A stretch of DNA of 56,791 bases from Desulfosoma sp. (GTDB lineage: Bacteria; Desulfobacterota; Syntrophobacteria; Syntrophobacterales; DSM-9756). Positions within the stretch are counted from its first letter, which is position 1, and every line of letters starts with the position of its first letter. The notes beneath the pieces were generated by a model. It had not been told where the DNA came from. It made no database searches and saw only the letters and a program-made list of their open reading frames with translations. The position numbers were made by a program, and so were the translations under genes. Where the stretch lies: assembly GCA_037481835.1 (NCBI GenBank), contig JBBFKW010000018.1, forward strand, positions 49,322-106,112. Reading direction: 5' to 3'. Of the stretch, positions 30,578 through 40,432 are shown in pieces.

Positions 30578-32272
30578 ATGGATCGCCCGTGGTATCGCCA
30601 TTACAACGGAAGGGTTCCTCACGAGATTGATTTTCCCAATTGGCCGCTGCCGGTTCTTGTGGCCAGGACGGCCGAAAAATACGCGGGAAACACGGCGACG
30701 GAATTTTTCGGCGCCAAGTTGACTTATAGACAGCTCTGGGACCAAGTGCTGCGCATGGCCGCCGCTCTTCGGGGCTTGGGCGTGGGCAAGGGCACCCGGG
30801 TGGCCATCATGCTCCCCAACTGTCCCCAGACCATGATCGCCTATTACGCCACGCTCTATCTCGGCGGGGTGGCCGTCATGACCAACCCCATGTACGTGGA
30901 GCGGGAAATGGAGCACCAGTGGAACGATTCGGGTTCCGAGGTGCTTTTTGCTTTGGACCATTTGTATCCGAAAGTGGAAAAGGTCCTGCCTTCCACGAAG
31001 ATCCGCACCGTCGTGGTGACCAGCCTTCGGGAATACCTTCCCTTTCTCTTTAAGCATCTCTATCCGCTCAAGGCGAAAAAGCAGAATCTTTTCATGGCGG
31101 TTCCCTACGACGGCCGTCGCGTGGTGAACTTTTCCGAGATTCTCGCCAAAGCGTCGCCCATAAAGGATCCGTGCGAGGCGACCCTTGACGACCTGGCCCT
31201 GCTCCAATACACCGGCGGGACCACGGGCGTCTCCAAAGGGGTCATGCTGAGCCACCGGAACATCTTGGCCAATGTTCTGCAGGTGGCCGCATGGTTCCCT
31301 GATTTCCGCTGGGGCCGGGAACGGCTCGTGGCCATTCTGCCTTTCTTTCACGTGTTCGGCATGACCGTGTGCATGAACTTTTCCCTTTACGGCGGGGCCA
31401 CCACCATTGTGGTGCCGCGGTTCGATGCCGACGAATTCTTGAAGCTCCTTCATAAGAGCAAGCCCACCTTGTTTCCGGGGGTCCCCACCATCTACGTGGC
31501 GTTGCTCAACCACCCCAAGGTCAAGGATCACGATTTGTCCTCCATCCGGTTCTGCATCACGGGTTCGGCGCCCATGCCGGTGGAGGTGCTCACCAAATTC
31601 GAAGAAATGACCGGCTGCGTCATCGTGGAGGGGTACGGCCTTTCGGAAGCCAGCCCGGTGACCCACGTGAATCCCATCAGCGGGCTGAGAAAGCCGGGGT
31701 CCATCGGAATTCCCGTGCCGAGCACCGATGCGCGCGTGGTGAGCTTGGAAGACGGGCTGAGCGACGTTGCCGTCGGTCAGCCTGGAGAATTGGTCGTCAA
31801 AGGACCTCAGGTCATGCTGGGCTACTGGAACATGCCGGAGGAGACGGCGTCCACGTTGCGCGACGGCTGGCTGCACACGGGCGACATCGCCACCATGGAC
31901 GAAGACGGCTACTTTTTCATCGTGGATCGCAAGAAAGACATGATCATTGTCGGCGGCTACAATATCTATCCCAGGGAAATCGACGAAGTGCTCTATACCC
32001 ATCCCAAGGTGTTGGATGCGGTCACCGTTGGGGTTCCCGATCCCTATCGCGGCGAAACGGTGAAGGCTTTCATCGTGCCCAAGCCGGGCGAGACCGTCAC
32101 GGAGGAAGAGATCATCCAGTTTTGCAAATCCAAGCTGGCGGCCTACAAAGTGCCCAAAGCGGTGGAAATTCGGGAATTCCTCCCCAAAACCATGGTGGGA
32201 AAAATCCTTCGCAAGGAACTCCGGGCGGAAGAACTGCGTAAGATCCAAGAAAAGAAACCTTCCGCCCCCTAG
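30578..32272 (+). CDS. fadD: Long-chain fatty acid--CoA ligase
   Basis: LQYTGGTTGVSKG, EGYGLSEASP, WLHTGDIA, DRKKDMI, KTMVGK. Confidence 0.93.
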   Translation: MDRPWYRHYNGRVPHEIDFPNWPLPVLVARTAEKYAGNTATEFFGAKLTYRQLWDQVLRMAAALRGLGVGKGTRVAIMLPNCPQTMIAYYATLYLGGVAVMTNPMYVEREMEHQWNDSGSEVLFALDHLYPKVEKVLPSTKIRTVVVTSLREYLPFLFKHLYPLKAKKQNLFMAVPYDGRRVVNFSEILAKASPIKDPCEATLDDLALLQYTGGTTGVSKGVMLSHRNILANVLQVAAWFPDFRWGRERLVAILPFFHVFGMTVCMNFSLYGGATTIVVPRFDADEFLKLLHKSKPTLFPGVPTIYVALLNHPKVKDHDLSSIRFCITGSAPMPVEVLTKFEEMTGCVIVEGYGLSEASPVTHVNPISGLRKPGSIGIPVPSTDARVVSLEDGLSDVAVGQPGELVVKGPQVMLGYWNMPEETASTLRDGWLHTGDIATMDEDGYFFIVDRKKDMIIVGGYNIYPREIDEVLYTHPKVLDAVTVGVPDPYRGETVKAFIVPKPGETVTEEEIIQFCKSKLAAYKVPKAVEIREFLPKTMVGKILRKELRAEELRKIQEKKPSAP

Positions 32273-32464
32273 TGGCCCGTCCTCCGAGACCCTCAGGGTC
32301 TTTCCCGGGAGCGCCGGGGCGCACGGCTGTGCGCCCCGGTTCCTGCACGACGTTCGTTTCCTCGACTGCGAACCCCCAAGAAGACCGCGATGCCATTTTC
32401 GCTTTTTTTGCTATAATCGCCGTGTCCACAAACTTCCATGGTTTCGGTGGAGGGCATTCTGCGG

Positions 32465-33124
32465 ATGGCGCGGAAAGATTACTACGACATTCTTGGGGTT
32501 TCCCGAGGCGCATCTCAGGACGAAATCCGAAAAGCCTACAGGAAACTGGCACGCAGGCACCACCCGGACCGGAACGAAGGGGACCAGGAGTGCGAGGAAC
32601 GTCTAAAAGAAATCAATGAAGCCTATTCCGTTTTGGGAGACCCGGAAAAAAAGAAAGCCTACGATGCCGAATCCCGGGTTTCGGTGAGGCGTTCCCGCGC
32701 TTCGGCACTCGAACGGGGCGAGTTTTCGGCGGCGCGGGGTTTCGTCGGCCTTGGGCCTTGGGCCGATCTTTTGGAAGGGCTGTTTCATGACCCTTTTCCG
32801 GAAGGCTTCTTTTCCCGTTGGAGAGGGCGCGGCGCCCGGCCGGATCCCTTGCCGCGGCGGTCCTTCGGCGGCAAACGCAGCGCCGGTGCCAAGGGGCCTT
32901 CGGTGGAAGTGCACCTTGAGGTGACCGCGTCGCGCCGGGATCGAGGCGAGGAACGGTGGGTTTCCTATCGTGCGGGCGACCGCATGGAAACGGTCCTGGT
33001 AAAGATCCCCCCGGGCGCCGGGGAGGGCACGGTGCTGCGCATGGCCGGTCGGGGAGCGGATTCTCCCTGCGGGGGGCCTCCGGGAGACCTCTACGTCGTG
33101 GTGCATGTGGTCCCCGATGAATAA
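32465..33124 (+). CDS. DnaJ-domain protein (short CbpA-like: J domain plus one C-terminal domain)
   Basis: [12 protein letters not shown] motif, KEINEAY; VKIPPG...LRMAGRG...PPGDLYV. Confidence 0.9.
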   Translation: MARKDYYDILGVSRGASQDEIRKAYRKLARRHHPDRNEGDQECEERLKEINEAYSVLGDPEKKKAYDAESRVSVRRSRASALERGEFSAARGFVGLGPWADLLEGLFHDPFPEGFFSRWRGRGARPDPLPRRSFGGKRSAGAKGPSVEVHLEVTASRRDRGEERWVSYRAGDRMETVLVKIPPGAGEGTVLRMAGRGADSPCGGPPGDLYVVVHVVPDE

Positions 33125-33142
33125 ACCCCTGGGGGTTGGGGC

Positions 33143-33862
33143 ATGGCCGTGACGCCGGGGCATGAGGGGAATCATGGCCGAGGGGTCAAGGTATATCGAG
33201 CCGCCCGGGACTTCTTCCTTTTCCAATGCCTGGGTTACCCTCGGGATGCCGCCTTGGACTTAGTGGGCAATCGGTTCAACCTGCCCCGCATGGATCGGGA
33301 CCTTCTGCGGCGCGGCGTCTTTGCAAAACAGATCGCCGAGCGGCGCCTCGCCAAACGGGTATGCGGCACCCGGTGGCGCGGCAAGCCCCTCTGGGTGGAC
33401 GGACACAATGTGCACATCACCGTGGAAAGCCTCCTTCTCGGGCGGGTTCTTGTCCTGGCCAACGATGGGGCCTTGCGCGACGTGGCGGCTCTTTCCCGAA
33501 GCTACAAGCCTTCGGCGGTGACGCATACGGCTCTGACAGCCGTGATGGGTTTTCTCAAAGCCTTTCCCCCGCAGGAAGTCCATTTTCTTTTTGATGCTCC
33601 TATGAGCCGAAGCGGTGAGCTTTCCGCCCGATACCGTGAGGCACTCCGGGGCTTGGGCCTTCCGGGGGATGCGCGGGCCGTGGCCGTCCCCGAAAAACAA
33701 TTTCCCCGTTCAGGGGCGGTGATCGCCTCGAGCGACCAGGCCGTCGTGGACGCGTGCGCCCATTGGCTTGACCTGGCCCGGTGGGTTATGGACTTTCAAG
33801 GGTTCGCGTTTTTCGGCTACGATTTTCGCTCCTTTGTTGCCTCCAAAGCGGTCGTGTGGTAG
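33143..33862 (+). CDS. DUF434-family protein (PIN/NYN-like)
   Basis: GYPRDAALDLVGNRFNL, VDGHNVHITVE, DGALRD, FDAPMSRSGEL, ASSD. Confidence 0.75.
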   Translation: MAVTPGHEGNHGRGVKVYRAARDFFLFQCLGYPRDAALDLVGNRFNLPRMDRDLLRRGVFAKQIAERRLAKRVCGTRWRGKPLWVDGHNVHITVESLLLGRVLVLANDGALRDVAALSRSYKPSAVTHTALTAVMGFLKAFPPQEVHFLFDAPMSRSGELSARYREALRGLGLPGDARAVAVPEKQFPRSGAVIASSDQAVVDACAHWLDLARWVMDFQGFAFFGYDFRSFVASKAVVW

Positions 33863-33949
33863 GGAGGGCGCTGTCGAGGCGCACCGAACCGAACAAAGGC
33901 GAGGGCGCTCGGTGCGCCGCATACCATCCCAATGAAAGGGTAACGATTC

Positions 33950-35302
33950 ATGGCTGTTGTGGCTCCATTTCGCGCGCTCCGTTACAATCCCAATCCCGTT
34001 GGCGATCTTGGCCGTGTGATCACCCCTCCGTACGACATCATCAGCCGTGCGGAACAAGAAGCCTTCTACGCGTTGCACCCGTACAACATGATCCGGTTGG
34101 AGCTGGGCAAGGCCTCAGCGGAGGACACCGAAGAAAACAATGCGCACACCCGGGCGGCCCGGTACCTGGCGCAATGGCGTCAAGACGGGGTTCTCGTCCG
34201 TGAAGTTCAGCCGGCCTTTTTTCCTTACGAACTTGACTATCCCATGGGGGACAAGCGAAAGACACGGAAGGGCTTTTTCGGGCTGTTGCGTTTGGAAGAA
34301 TTCGGCTCGGGGTGTGTCCGGCCCCATGAACGCACCTTCCAGAAAGTGAAAGATGAGCGTCTGGCGCTCATGGTTCGATGTCGGGCCCATCTCAGCCCCA
34401 TTTTCGTCCTTTTCAGTGATCCTGAGGGACGGGTGCGGGATGTGCTTTTCGACCCGGGCGCCCGAGAAGAGCTGGCCCGGTGCGCCGACTTCCGGGGATG
34501 CGAACACCGTCTCTACCGCCTGGCAGACCCCGGCCGCGTGCGTCGCATCCATGAACTCATGGCGGACAAGGACATTTTCATCGCCGACGGCCACCATCGT
34601 TACGAAACCGCGCTCAATTACCGCCGCCTGAGGATGCAGGAACAGCCCGACGCGTCCGAGGAAGCCCCTTTCCACTACGTGCTCACCTACTTTTGTCCGA
34701 TGGAAGACGACGGGCTGGTCGTCCTTCCCACCCACCGGCTTTTGCCCCGATTGGCGCGCGCATCGGCGAAAGAATTTCTGGAAAAGGGGCGGCCGTTTTT
34801 CCAGGCTCTGTCTTTTGCCATGACCGATGCCGGGCGAAAGGCTTGGAACGAAAGCCTGGAAACCTTCAGGGCGCGACGGGAAACGGCCATCGGTTTTGTC
34901 CATAAGGAAGGCGAAGCCTGCTGGGTGCTCAAAATGGAGCCTGCTGCAACCCGGGCTTTCCTCGCGGAAAAGGGCTTTCCGGAAGTGCTCCGAGACTTGG
35001 ACGTGGTGGTCGTGGATCACCTCCTCCTGCGGGGCCTTTTGGGACTCGACGACGCCTACCTTTCCGACGCGGAAAACATTCGCTTCTGCCACGATGGGGA
35101 CGAGGCGTTGAGAACCGTCCTCCAAGGGGACGCCGCTATGGGGTTTTTCGTCAATCCCACTCGAGTGGATCAGGTGCGGGAGGTGGCCCGCGCGGGCTTG
35201 ATCATGCCTCATAAGGCCACGTATTTTTACCCCAAGGTTTTCAGCGGCCTTGTCATGCATCCCATGGATCCGGGAGACCGCGTGGCCGTGCCGACCCCCT
35301 GA
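33950..35302 (+). CDS. DUF1015 family protein
   Basis: PFRALRY, PPYDII, PHERT, IADGHHRYETA, MPHKATYFYPK. Confidence 0.9.
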   Translation: MAVVAPFRALRYNPNPVGDLGRVITPPYDIISRAEQEAFYALHPYNMIRLELGKASAEDTEENNAHTRAARYLAQWRQDGVLVREVQPAFFPYELDYPMGDKRKTRKGFFGLLRLEEFGSGCVRPHERTFQKVKDERLALMVRCRAHLSPIFVLFSDPEGRVRDVLFDPGAREELARCADFRGCEHRLYRLADPGRVRRIHELMADKDIFIADGHHRYETALNYRRLRMQEQPDASEEAPFHYVLTYFCPMEDDGLVVLPTHRLLPRLARASAKEFLEKGRPFFQALSFAMTDAGRKAWNESLETFRARRETAIGFVHKEGEACWVLKMEPAATRAFLAEKGFPEVLRDLDVVVVDHLLLRGLLGLDDAYLSDAENIRFCHDGDEALRTVLQGDAAMGFFVNPTRVDQVREVARAGLIMPHKATYFYPKVFSGLVMHPMDPGDRVAVPTP

Positions 35303-35400
35303 ATCGAGCCTTCTTCGGTTTCGTGCTCCATGTGCTCATGACGGCCCGCCGAGGTGACAAGGACGAAAAGTCCGGATCCCTTTTTAAAAGGGAAGGTGCC

Positions 35401-36177
35401 GTGGATTTGAACGGATGCGCCGTCGAAGAGCACGCTGCGGAGACGCGGGATCTCCTCTTTGGCGGGTCCTTGGTGCTGTGCCAGGATCGGCACGGCTACC
35501 GCTTTTCCATCGACGCTGTGCTGTTGGCGGGGCTCACTCGGGTGAAGGCCAAGGACCGGGTGATGGAACTGGGTACGGGCTGCGGGGTGGTGCTTCTCGC
35601 TTTGGCGGCGCGAAACCTGGGGGCTCATTGGGAGGGCGTGGAAATCCAGCCGCGTTTGGCCAGCCTGGCTCAAAAAAACGTGGACGCCAACGGGCTTGCC
35701 GGCCGGGTTTACATCCGTACGATGGACTGGAAAGACGTCCACCGAATGTGTCCTGCGCAAGGCTTCGATCTGGTGGTTTCCAATCCTCCCTATCGACGGG
35801 CCTTTTCGGGACGGATCAACCCCGATGCGCAGAAGGCCGCCGCGAGGCATGAACTCAAGGGGTCGGTACGGGACATGTTCGCGTCCGCGGCCCATCTCCT
35901 CAAGCACGGGGGACGATGCGCCGTCATCTACCCGGCGTCCCGCTTGGACGATCTCATGGCGGCCGCCCTTGGAGCGGGCTTTCGCCCAAAAAGGCTGACG
36001 CTCATCCATTCCCATACCCAAGCCCCGGCCAGCCTCGTCCACCTGGAATGCCTCAAGGGCGCCGGGCAGGAACTCCATGTGGCGCCGCCTTTTTTCATAT
36101 ACGATGGGACCGGACGATACACCGCGGCGATGATGCGGCTGCATCAGGGACTCTTTGACACGGCGCGGGAAGATTGA
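35401..36177 (+). CDS. tRNA1(Val) A37 N6-methyltransferase-like SAM methyltransferase
   Basis: GYRFSIDAVLL, ELGTGCG, VEIQ, SNPPY, ARHE; GTG start inferred. Confidence 0.85.
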   Translation: MDLNGCAVEEHAAETRDLLFGGSLVLCQDRHGYRFSIDAVLLAGLTRVKAKDRVMELGTGCGVVLLALAARNLGAHWEGVEIQPRLASLAQKNVDANGLAGRVYIRTMDWKDVHRMCPAQGFDLVVSNPPYRRAFSGRINPDAQKAAARHELKGSVRDMFASAAHLLKHGGRCAVIYPASRLDDLMAAALGAGFRPKRLTLIHSHTQAPASLVHLECLKGAGQELHVAPPFFIYDGTGRYTAAMMRLHQGLFDTARED

Positions 36178-36202
36178 CCACACAGAAGAGGGAGAGGGAT
36201 TC

Positions 36203-36994
36203 ATGGATCTGGGTTTGAAGGGCAAAGTGGCTTTTGTGGCCGGAGCCAGCCAGGGTTTGGGGAAGGCCGTGGCGATGGAATTGTGCCGGGAAGGGGCCAA
36301 GGTGGCCATCTGCGGGCTGGACGACCCGGAACTGCCCAAGGCCGTGGAAGACATCGCGGGTGCAACGGGCGGGGAGGTGATCGGCATTCCGGCTGATGTC
36401 ACCGTATCGGAGCAGGCGAAGAACTTCATCCGCAAGGGATTGGATCATTTCGGCACCGTGGACATCCTGGTGAACAACGCCGGAGGCCCTCCGGCCAAGA
36501 CGTTTCTCGAAATCGACGATGAACTGTGGCATTTCGGGTTTCGGCTGAACCTCATGAGCACCATTGTGATGACCCGGGAGGCTGTTCCGGTGATGATGGA
36601 AAAGCGATGGGGCCGCATTATCAACATGACTTCCGTGTCCGTGAAGCAACCCATCGACGGCTTGATCCTGTCCAACACCATCCGATCCGGCGTGGTGGGT
36701 TTGGCCAAGACTTTGTCCAATGAACTGGCCCCGTACAACATTACGGTGAACAACGTGTGCCCCGGCTACACCTTGACCGAACGCGTGCGGAGCCTTGCCG
36801 TGGTCACGGCCCAAAAGGAAGGGAAGACGCCCGAAGAGATCATCGATCGATGGCGGGCGACCATTCCCATGGGAAGACTGGGAACGCCGGAGGAATTTGC
36901 CGCTCTCGTGACGTTCTTGGCTTCCGAAAGGGCCGGCTACATCACGGGAGCCTCCATCCACATTGACGGCGGGTATTACAAAGGGGTGATGTGA
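36203..36994 (+). CDS. SDR family oxidoreductase (atypical, NNAGGPP class)
   Basis: LGLKGKVAFVAGASQGLG, NNAGGPP, LILSNTIR replacing YxxxK, YITG. Confidence 0.9.
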   Translation: MDLGLKGKVAFVAGASQGLGKAVAMELCREGAKVAICGLDDPELPKAVEDIAGATGGEVIGIPADVTVSEQAKNFIRKGLDHFGTVDILVNNAGGPPAKTFLEIDDELWHFGFRLNLMSTIVMTREAVPVMMEKRWGRIINMTSVSVKQPIDGLILSNTIRSGVVGLAKTLSNELAPYNITVNNVCPGYTLTERVRSLAVVTAQKEGKTPEEIIDRWRATIPMGRLGTPEEFAALVTFLASERAGYITGASIHIDGGYYKGVM

Positions 36995-37005
36995 AAGGAT
37001 CGGCC

Positions 37006-38004
37006 ATGAAGAGCAGGCGTCGGGCGCGCATCCGTTCGGTGGGGCGGTATCTCCCCGAACGGAAACTGACCAATAAAGATTTGGAAAAGATGGTGGACAC
37101 CACCGACGAGTGGATCGTCACACGCACGGGAATCCGGGAGCGGCGTATCTTGGAACCCGGCCTGGGCTGCTCTTTCATGGCTTCGCGGGCCGCCCAGGAA
37201 TGCTTGGAGCGGGCCGGTGTGGCGGCTTCCGAAGTGGACGCCATTATTGTGGGAACCGTCACACCGGACATGTTTTTCCCCTCCACGGCCTGCCTGGTTC
37301 AGAGGGACATCGGCGCGGGAAAGGCATGGGGGTTCGATTTGTCGGCGGGATGTTCCGGCTTCGTCTTTGCCATGACCACGGGAGTCCAGATGATCGAATC
37401 GGGCCGATACGATAAGGTTTTGGCCATCGGCGCCGATGTCATGAGCAGCATCATCGATTATACGGACCGAAACACATGCGTGCTCTTCGGGGATGCCGCC
37501 GGAGCCGTGCTTCTGGAGCCCTGTGAGGACGAAGACTACGGGGTTCTGGACTTTATTCAGAGGATCGATGGGGCCGGAGAGCCGCACTTGCACATGAAAG
37601 CCGGGGGCAGCCGCCGCCCCGCCAGCATGGAAACGGTCCAGGCGCGGGAGCACTACGTGTACCAGGAAGGAAAGAAGGTCTTCAAATTCGCCGTGACCGA
37701 AATGGCCGACGTCTCGGTCAAGATCCTGGAACGCAACGGTCTATCGGGAAAGGATGTCAAGGTGTTCATCCCGCACCAGGCCAATTTGAGGATCATCGAG
37801 GCGTGCGCCAATCGCATGGGATTGGACATGGACCGGGTGATCATCAACATCGACCGGTACGCCAACACCACCGGGGCCACGATTCCCCTGTGCCTCTACG
37901 AAGCCACGGTGGAAAAAAACCTTCTGGAAAAGGGCGACTACCTGGTCATGTCGGCCTTCGGAGCGGGCTTTACCTGGGGCAGCATCCTCGTGCGCTGGAT
38001 ATGA
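37006..38004 (+). CDS. fabH: 3-oxoacyl-ACP synthase III
   Basis: WIVTRTGIRERR, DLSAGCSGF, LFGDAAGA, IPHQAN, ANTTGA, FGAGFTWG. Confidence 0.93.
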   Translation: MKSRRRARIRSVGRYLPERKLTNKDLEKMVDTTDEWIVTRTGIRERRILEPGLGCSFMASRAAQECLERAGVAASEVDAIIVGTVTPDMFFPSTACLVQRDIGAGKAWGFDLSAGCSGFVFAMTTGVQMIESGRYDKVLAIGADVMSSIIDYTDRNTCVLFGDAAGAVLLEPCEDEDYGVLDFIQRIDGAGEPHLHMKAGGSRRPASMETVQAREHYVYQEGKKVFKFAVTEMADVSVKILERNGLSGKDVKVFIPHQANLRIIEACANRMGLDMDRVIINIDRYANTTGATIPLCLYEATVEKNLLEKGDYLVMSAFGAGFTWGSILVRWI

Positions 38005-38027
38005 AAAAAGGGGGCCTAGGCCCCCTT
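38004..38027 (-). terminator. Intrinsic terminator between convergent fabH and porB
   Basis: Perfect palindrome AAGGGGGCCTAGGCCCCCTT with a T-run on the minus strand. Confidence 0.65.
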
Positions 38028-38035
38028 GGTCCGTT

Positions 38036-38935
38036 TCACAGGCCGGCTCGGGTGAGGTACCCTTCCCATCGCTCGTCGATGGTTTTTTGAAACGCCTCGA
38101 TCTGTTCGGGTGTCATCTTCTTAAAGCGCGCCTGGGTCTTAATGTAGTCTTCCACAGGGCGTTTGCGTCGGGTTTTGGCCAGATTCAGGCTCTTTCCCGT
38201 AAGGCGGAAAACCCCGTCTTCCAGTTCGTAGAGAACCACCACGCCCGTTTCCACGGCGAGCCGCCCGATTTTTACGGTTTCCCTCGTGGCAAACCCCCAC
38301 CCGGCCGGGCAGGGGATGGCCAGATGGATGAATCGCGTCCCTTGAATGCGGCGGGCCTTGGAAAACTTTTCGTAAAGGTCCAGGGGATAGGAGGAGCAGG
38401 TGGTGGCCAGGTACGCCGGGTGATGAGCCTCCATGATTTGGATGAAATCCTTCTTCGGTTGCTCCTTGGGATGCACCGGCGTGGTCGTGGTGATGGCGCC
38501 AGCGGGCGTGGCACTGGAACGCTGCACCCCGGTGTTCATATAGGCTTCGTTGTCGTAACAGACGTAGATGAAGTTTGTTTGCCTTTCCGCGGCACCGCTC
38601 AAGGCCTGAATGCCCATATCGAATGTCCCGCCGTCGCCGGCCATGGCCAAGACGGTGTAGTCGTCCTTGCCCAGGGCCTTGAGTCCCGCCACCAGCCCGG
38701 AGGCGGAGGCGGCGGTGGCGCCGAAGACGTTATTGACGGCGTTCACCAGGACCGGCGTTTTCGGATACATGCCATGCAGGATGGTCAGGCAACAGGCCGG
38801 CAGGGTCACGATGGTCTTGGGGCCGAGAGCCTTCAGCATGTGCCGATAGGCGATGGGAAGACCGCATCCGGCGCAGGTTCGAGTGCCGGGGAGAATGTAT
38901 TCCTTTTCGGGAAGATCCATCAGAGCTGTCGCCAT
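38036..38935 (-). CDS. porB: 2-oxoacid:ferredoxin oxidoreductase beta subunit (TPP-binding)
   Basis: CAGCG, AGDGGTFDMG, YDNEAYMNTG.QRS, PCPAGW. Confidence 0.9.
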   Translation of the reverse strand: MATALMDLPEKEYILPGTRTCAGCGLPIAYRHMLKALGPKTIVTLPACCLTILHGMYPKTPVLVNAVNNVFGATAASASGLVAGLKALGKDDYTVLAMAGDGGTFDMGIQALSGAAERQTNFIYVCYDNEAYMNTGVQRSSATPAGAITTTTPVHPKEQPKKDFIQIMEAHHPAYLATTCSSYPLDLYEKFSKARRIQGTRFIHLAIPCPAGWGFATRETVKIGRLAVETGVVVLYELEDGVFRLTGKSLNLAKTRRKRPVEDYIKTQARFKKMTPEQIEAFQKTIDERWEGYLTRAGL

Positions 38936-38949
38936 GGCGAGTCCTCGTC

Positions 38950-40155
38950 TTAGATTTCGTTGGAAAGCCAAATCGGGTGTGCGGGGGCTTCCTGGTGGCT
39001 TTCCAGGCTCAGGGTCCGGCGCGCCGCTTCGCACAGGTCGATGGGTTTCACGTCTTTTCCCCCGAGGCCCACGATGAAGTTGGCCGCTATGGGCCGAGCC
39101 CCGTTCTGGGTGTAGAGGGCGGCTTTGACTTCCGTGGCCAGGGCTCCTTCCAGGCCGTAACTGATGGCTTTTTCCACCACGGCCATGCGCGGCACACGAC
39201 TCAGGGCCTCCGCCACGGCCCGTACGGGAAAAGGCCGGAACACACGCAATCCCACAACGCCGGCCCGCACACCCTGTTCCCTGAGGATATCGCTCGCCTC
39301 GGAGGCTTCACTTCCCAGCGATCCCATGGTCACAAAGAGCATTTCGGCATCGTCCGTGCGGTAGCGGTAGAGGGGGTCTTCGTAACTTCGGCCGAATCGT
39401 TCGCCGAAAGCGCGGCCTTCTTCGGCGATGACGTCCAAAGCGGATTCCAGGGTTTCTTGGAGGCGCCGCCGGATGCCCATGTATCCCGGCCATAGCCGCC
39501 CGTCCACGCCGGGGATGGGATCGGTCATGACCACGGGGTTGATGTTGACGGGCCGTTCCGGGTCCAATTCGTAGGCCGGCCTGAAGGGGGGAAGATACGC
39601 GTCCACGGCCTCCTGGTCGGGGACGTCCACGGGCATCATGGTGTGAGACAGGCGGAAGCCGTCAAAGCACACCATGACCGGCACGAGCAGCCTTTCGGCC
39701 ACCTTGTAGCCCAAGATGACCTGATCGAGGATTTCCTGATTATTGAGGCAGTAGAACTGCATCCAGCCGGTGTCCCTCTGAGCGATGCTGTCTTGCATGT
39801 CGTTGAGGATGGTCCAAGGAGCCCCTAAGCCTCTGTTGGTCACCGGCATGACGATGGGCACGCGCGCCCCCGCCGCCCAATGGAGCTGTTCATGCATGTA
39901 GGCCAACCCGTTGGCTGCGGTGGCCGTAAAGGCTCGAGCGCCCACGAGGGAGGCGGAAATGCATACCCCCATGGCCGAATGCTCGCTTTCCACGCGGACG
40001 AATTCGGCTTGGAGTTCCCCTCTTTCCACATATTCGGAGAGCACTTCCGGAATCTTGGACTGGGGCGTGATGGGATAGGCGGCGATCACCTGCACTCGGC
40101 AGAGCTTGGCCGCCAAGGCCGCCGTTTGATTTCCCGTAAGAATTTTTGCTGCCAC
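38950..40155 (-). CDS. porA: 2-oxoacid:ferredoxin oxidoreductase alpha subunit
   Basis: AAYPITPQ, ESEHSAM, RDTGW, DGFRLSH, LRVFRPFP, GLGGKD. Confidence 0.9.
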   Translation of the reverse strand: MAAKILTGNQTAALAAKLCRVQVIAAYPITPQSKIPEVLSEYVERGELQAEFVRVESEHSAMGVCISASLVGARAFTATAANGLAYMHEQLHWAAGARVPIVMPVTNRGLGAPWTILNDMQDSIAQRDTGWMQFYCLNNQEILDQVILGYKVAERLLVPVMVCFDGFRLSHTMMPVDVPDQEAVDAYLPPFRPAYELDPERPVNINPVVMTDPIPGVDGRLWPGYMGIRRRLQETLESALDVIAEEGRAFGERFGRSYEDPLYRYRTDDAEMLFVTMGSLGSEASEASDILREQGVRAGVVGLRVFRPFPVRAVAEALSRVPRMAVVEKAISYGLEGALATEVKAALYTQNGARPIAANFIVGLGGKDVKPIDLCEAARRTLSLESHQEAPAHPIWLSNEI

Positions 40156-40280
40156 GATTGTACGAACCTCTTGTTATTCTTTGTGGAACTCGGGGTGAGG
40201 ACCCACGCCGTTGGAAACGAGGTTTTCACATATCGGCGGTTGCGGCACAAGTCAATAGGAATCCGTCAAACCCAGGGGCC

Positions 40281-40319
40281 CGTAGGTGTTGGGGTTCGCT
40301 GCGCTCACCCCAACCTACG
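40281..40319 (-). repeat. GTAG-type REP copy 3, extended by a flanking CCTACG into a longer hairpin
   Basis: CGTAGG-TGTTGGGGTTCGCTGCGCTCACCCCAACCTACG. Confidence 0.9.
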
Positions 40320-40432
40320 CGTTGCAGCCAGAGCGGACAACTTCGGGAAAAAGGCAAAAAAAAGAGAGCAGGCGCTCATGGACCATGAGCCAAGAGGGCT
40401 GCTCTCCTTGTCATCCCGGAGGATTGTGCGAC

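Noticed and set aside
29843..32248. 801-aa antisense ORF over etfA/fadD
   Set aside because: Antisense shadow with no recognisable domain.
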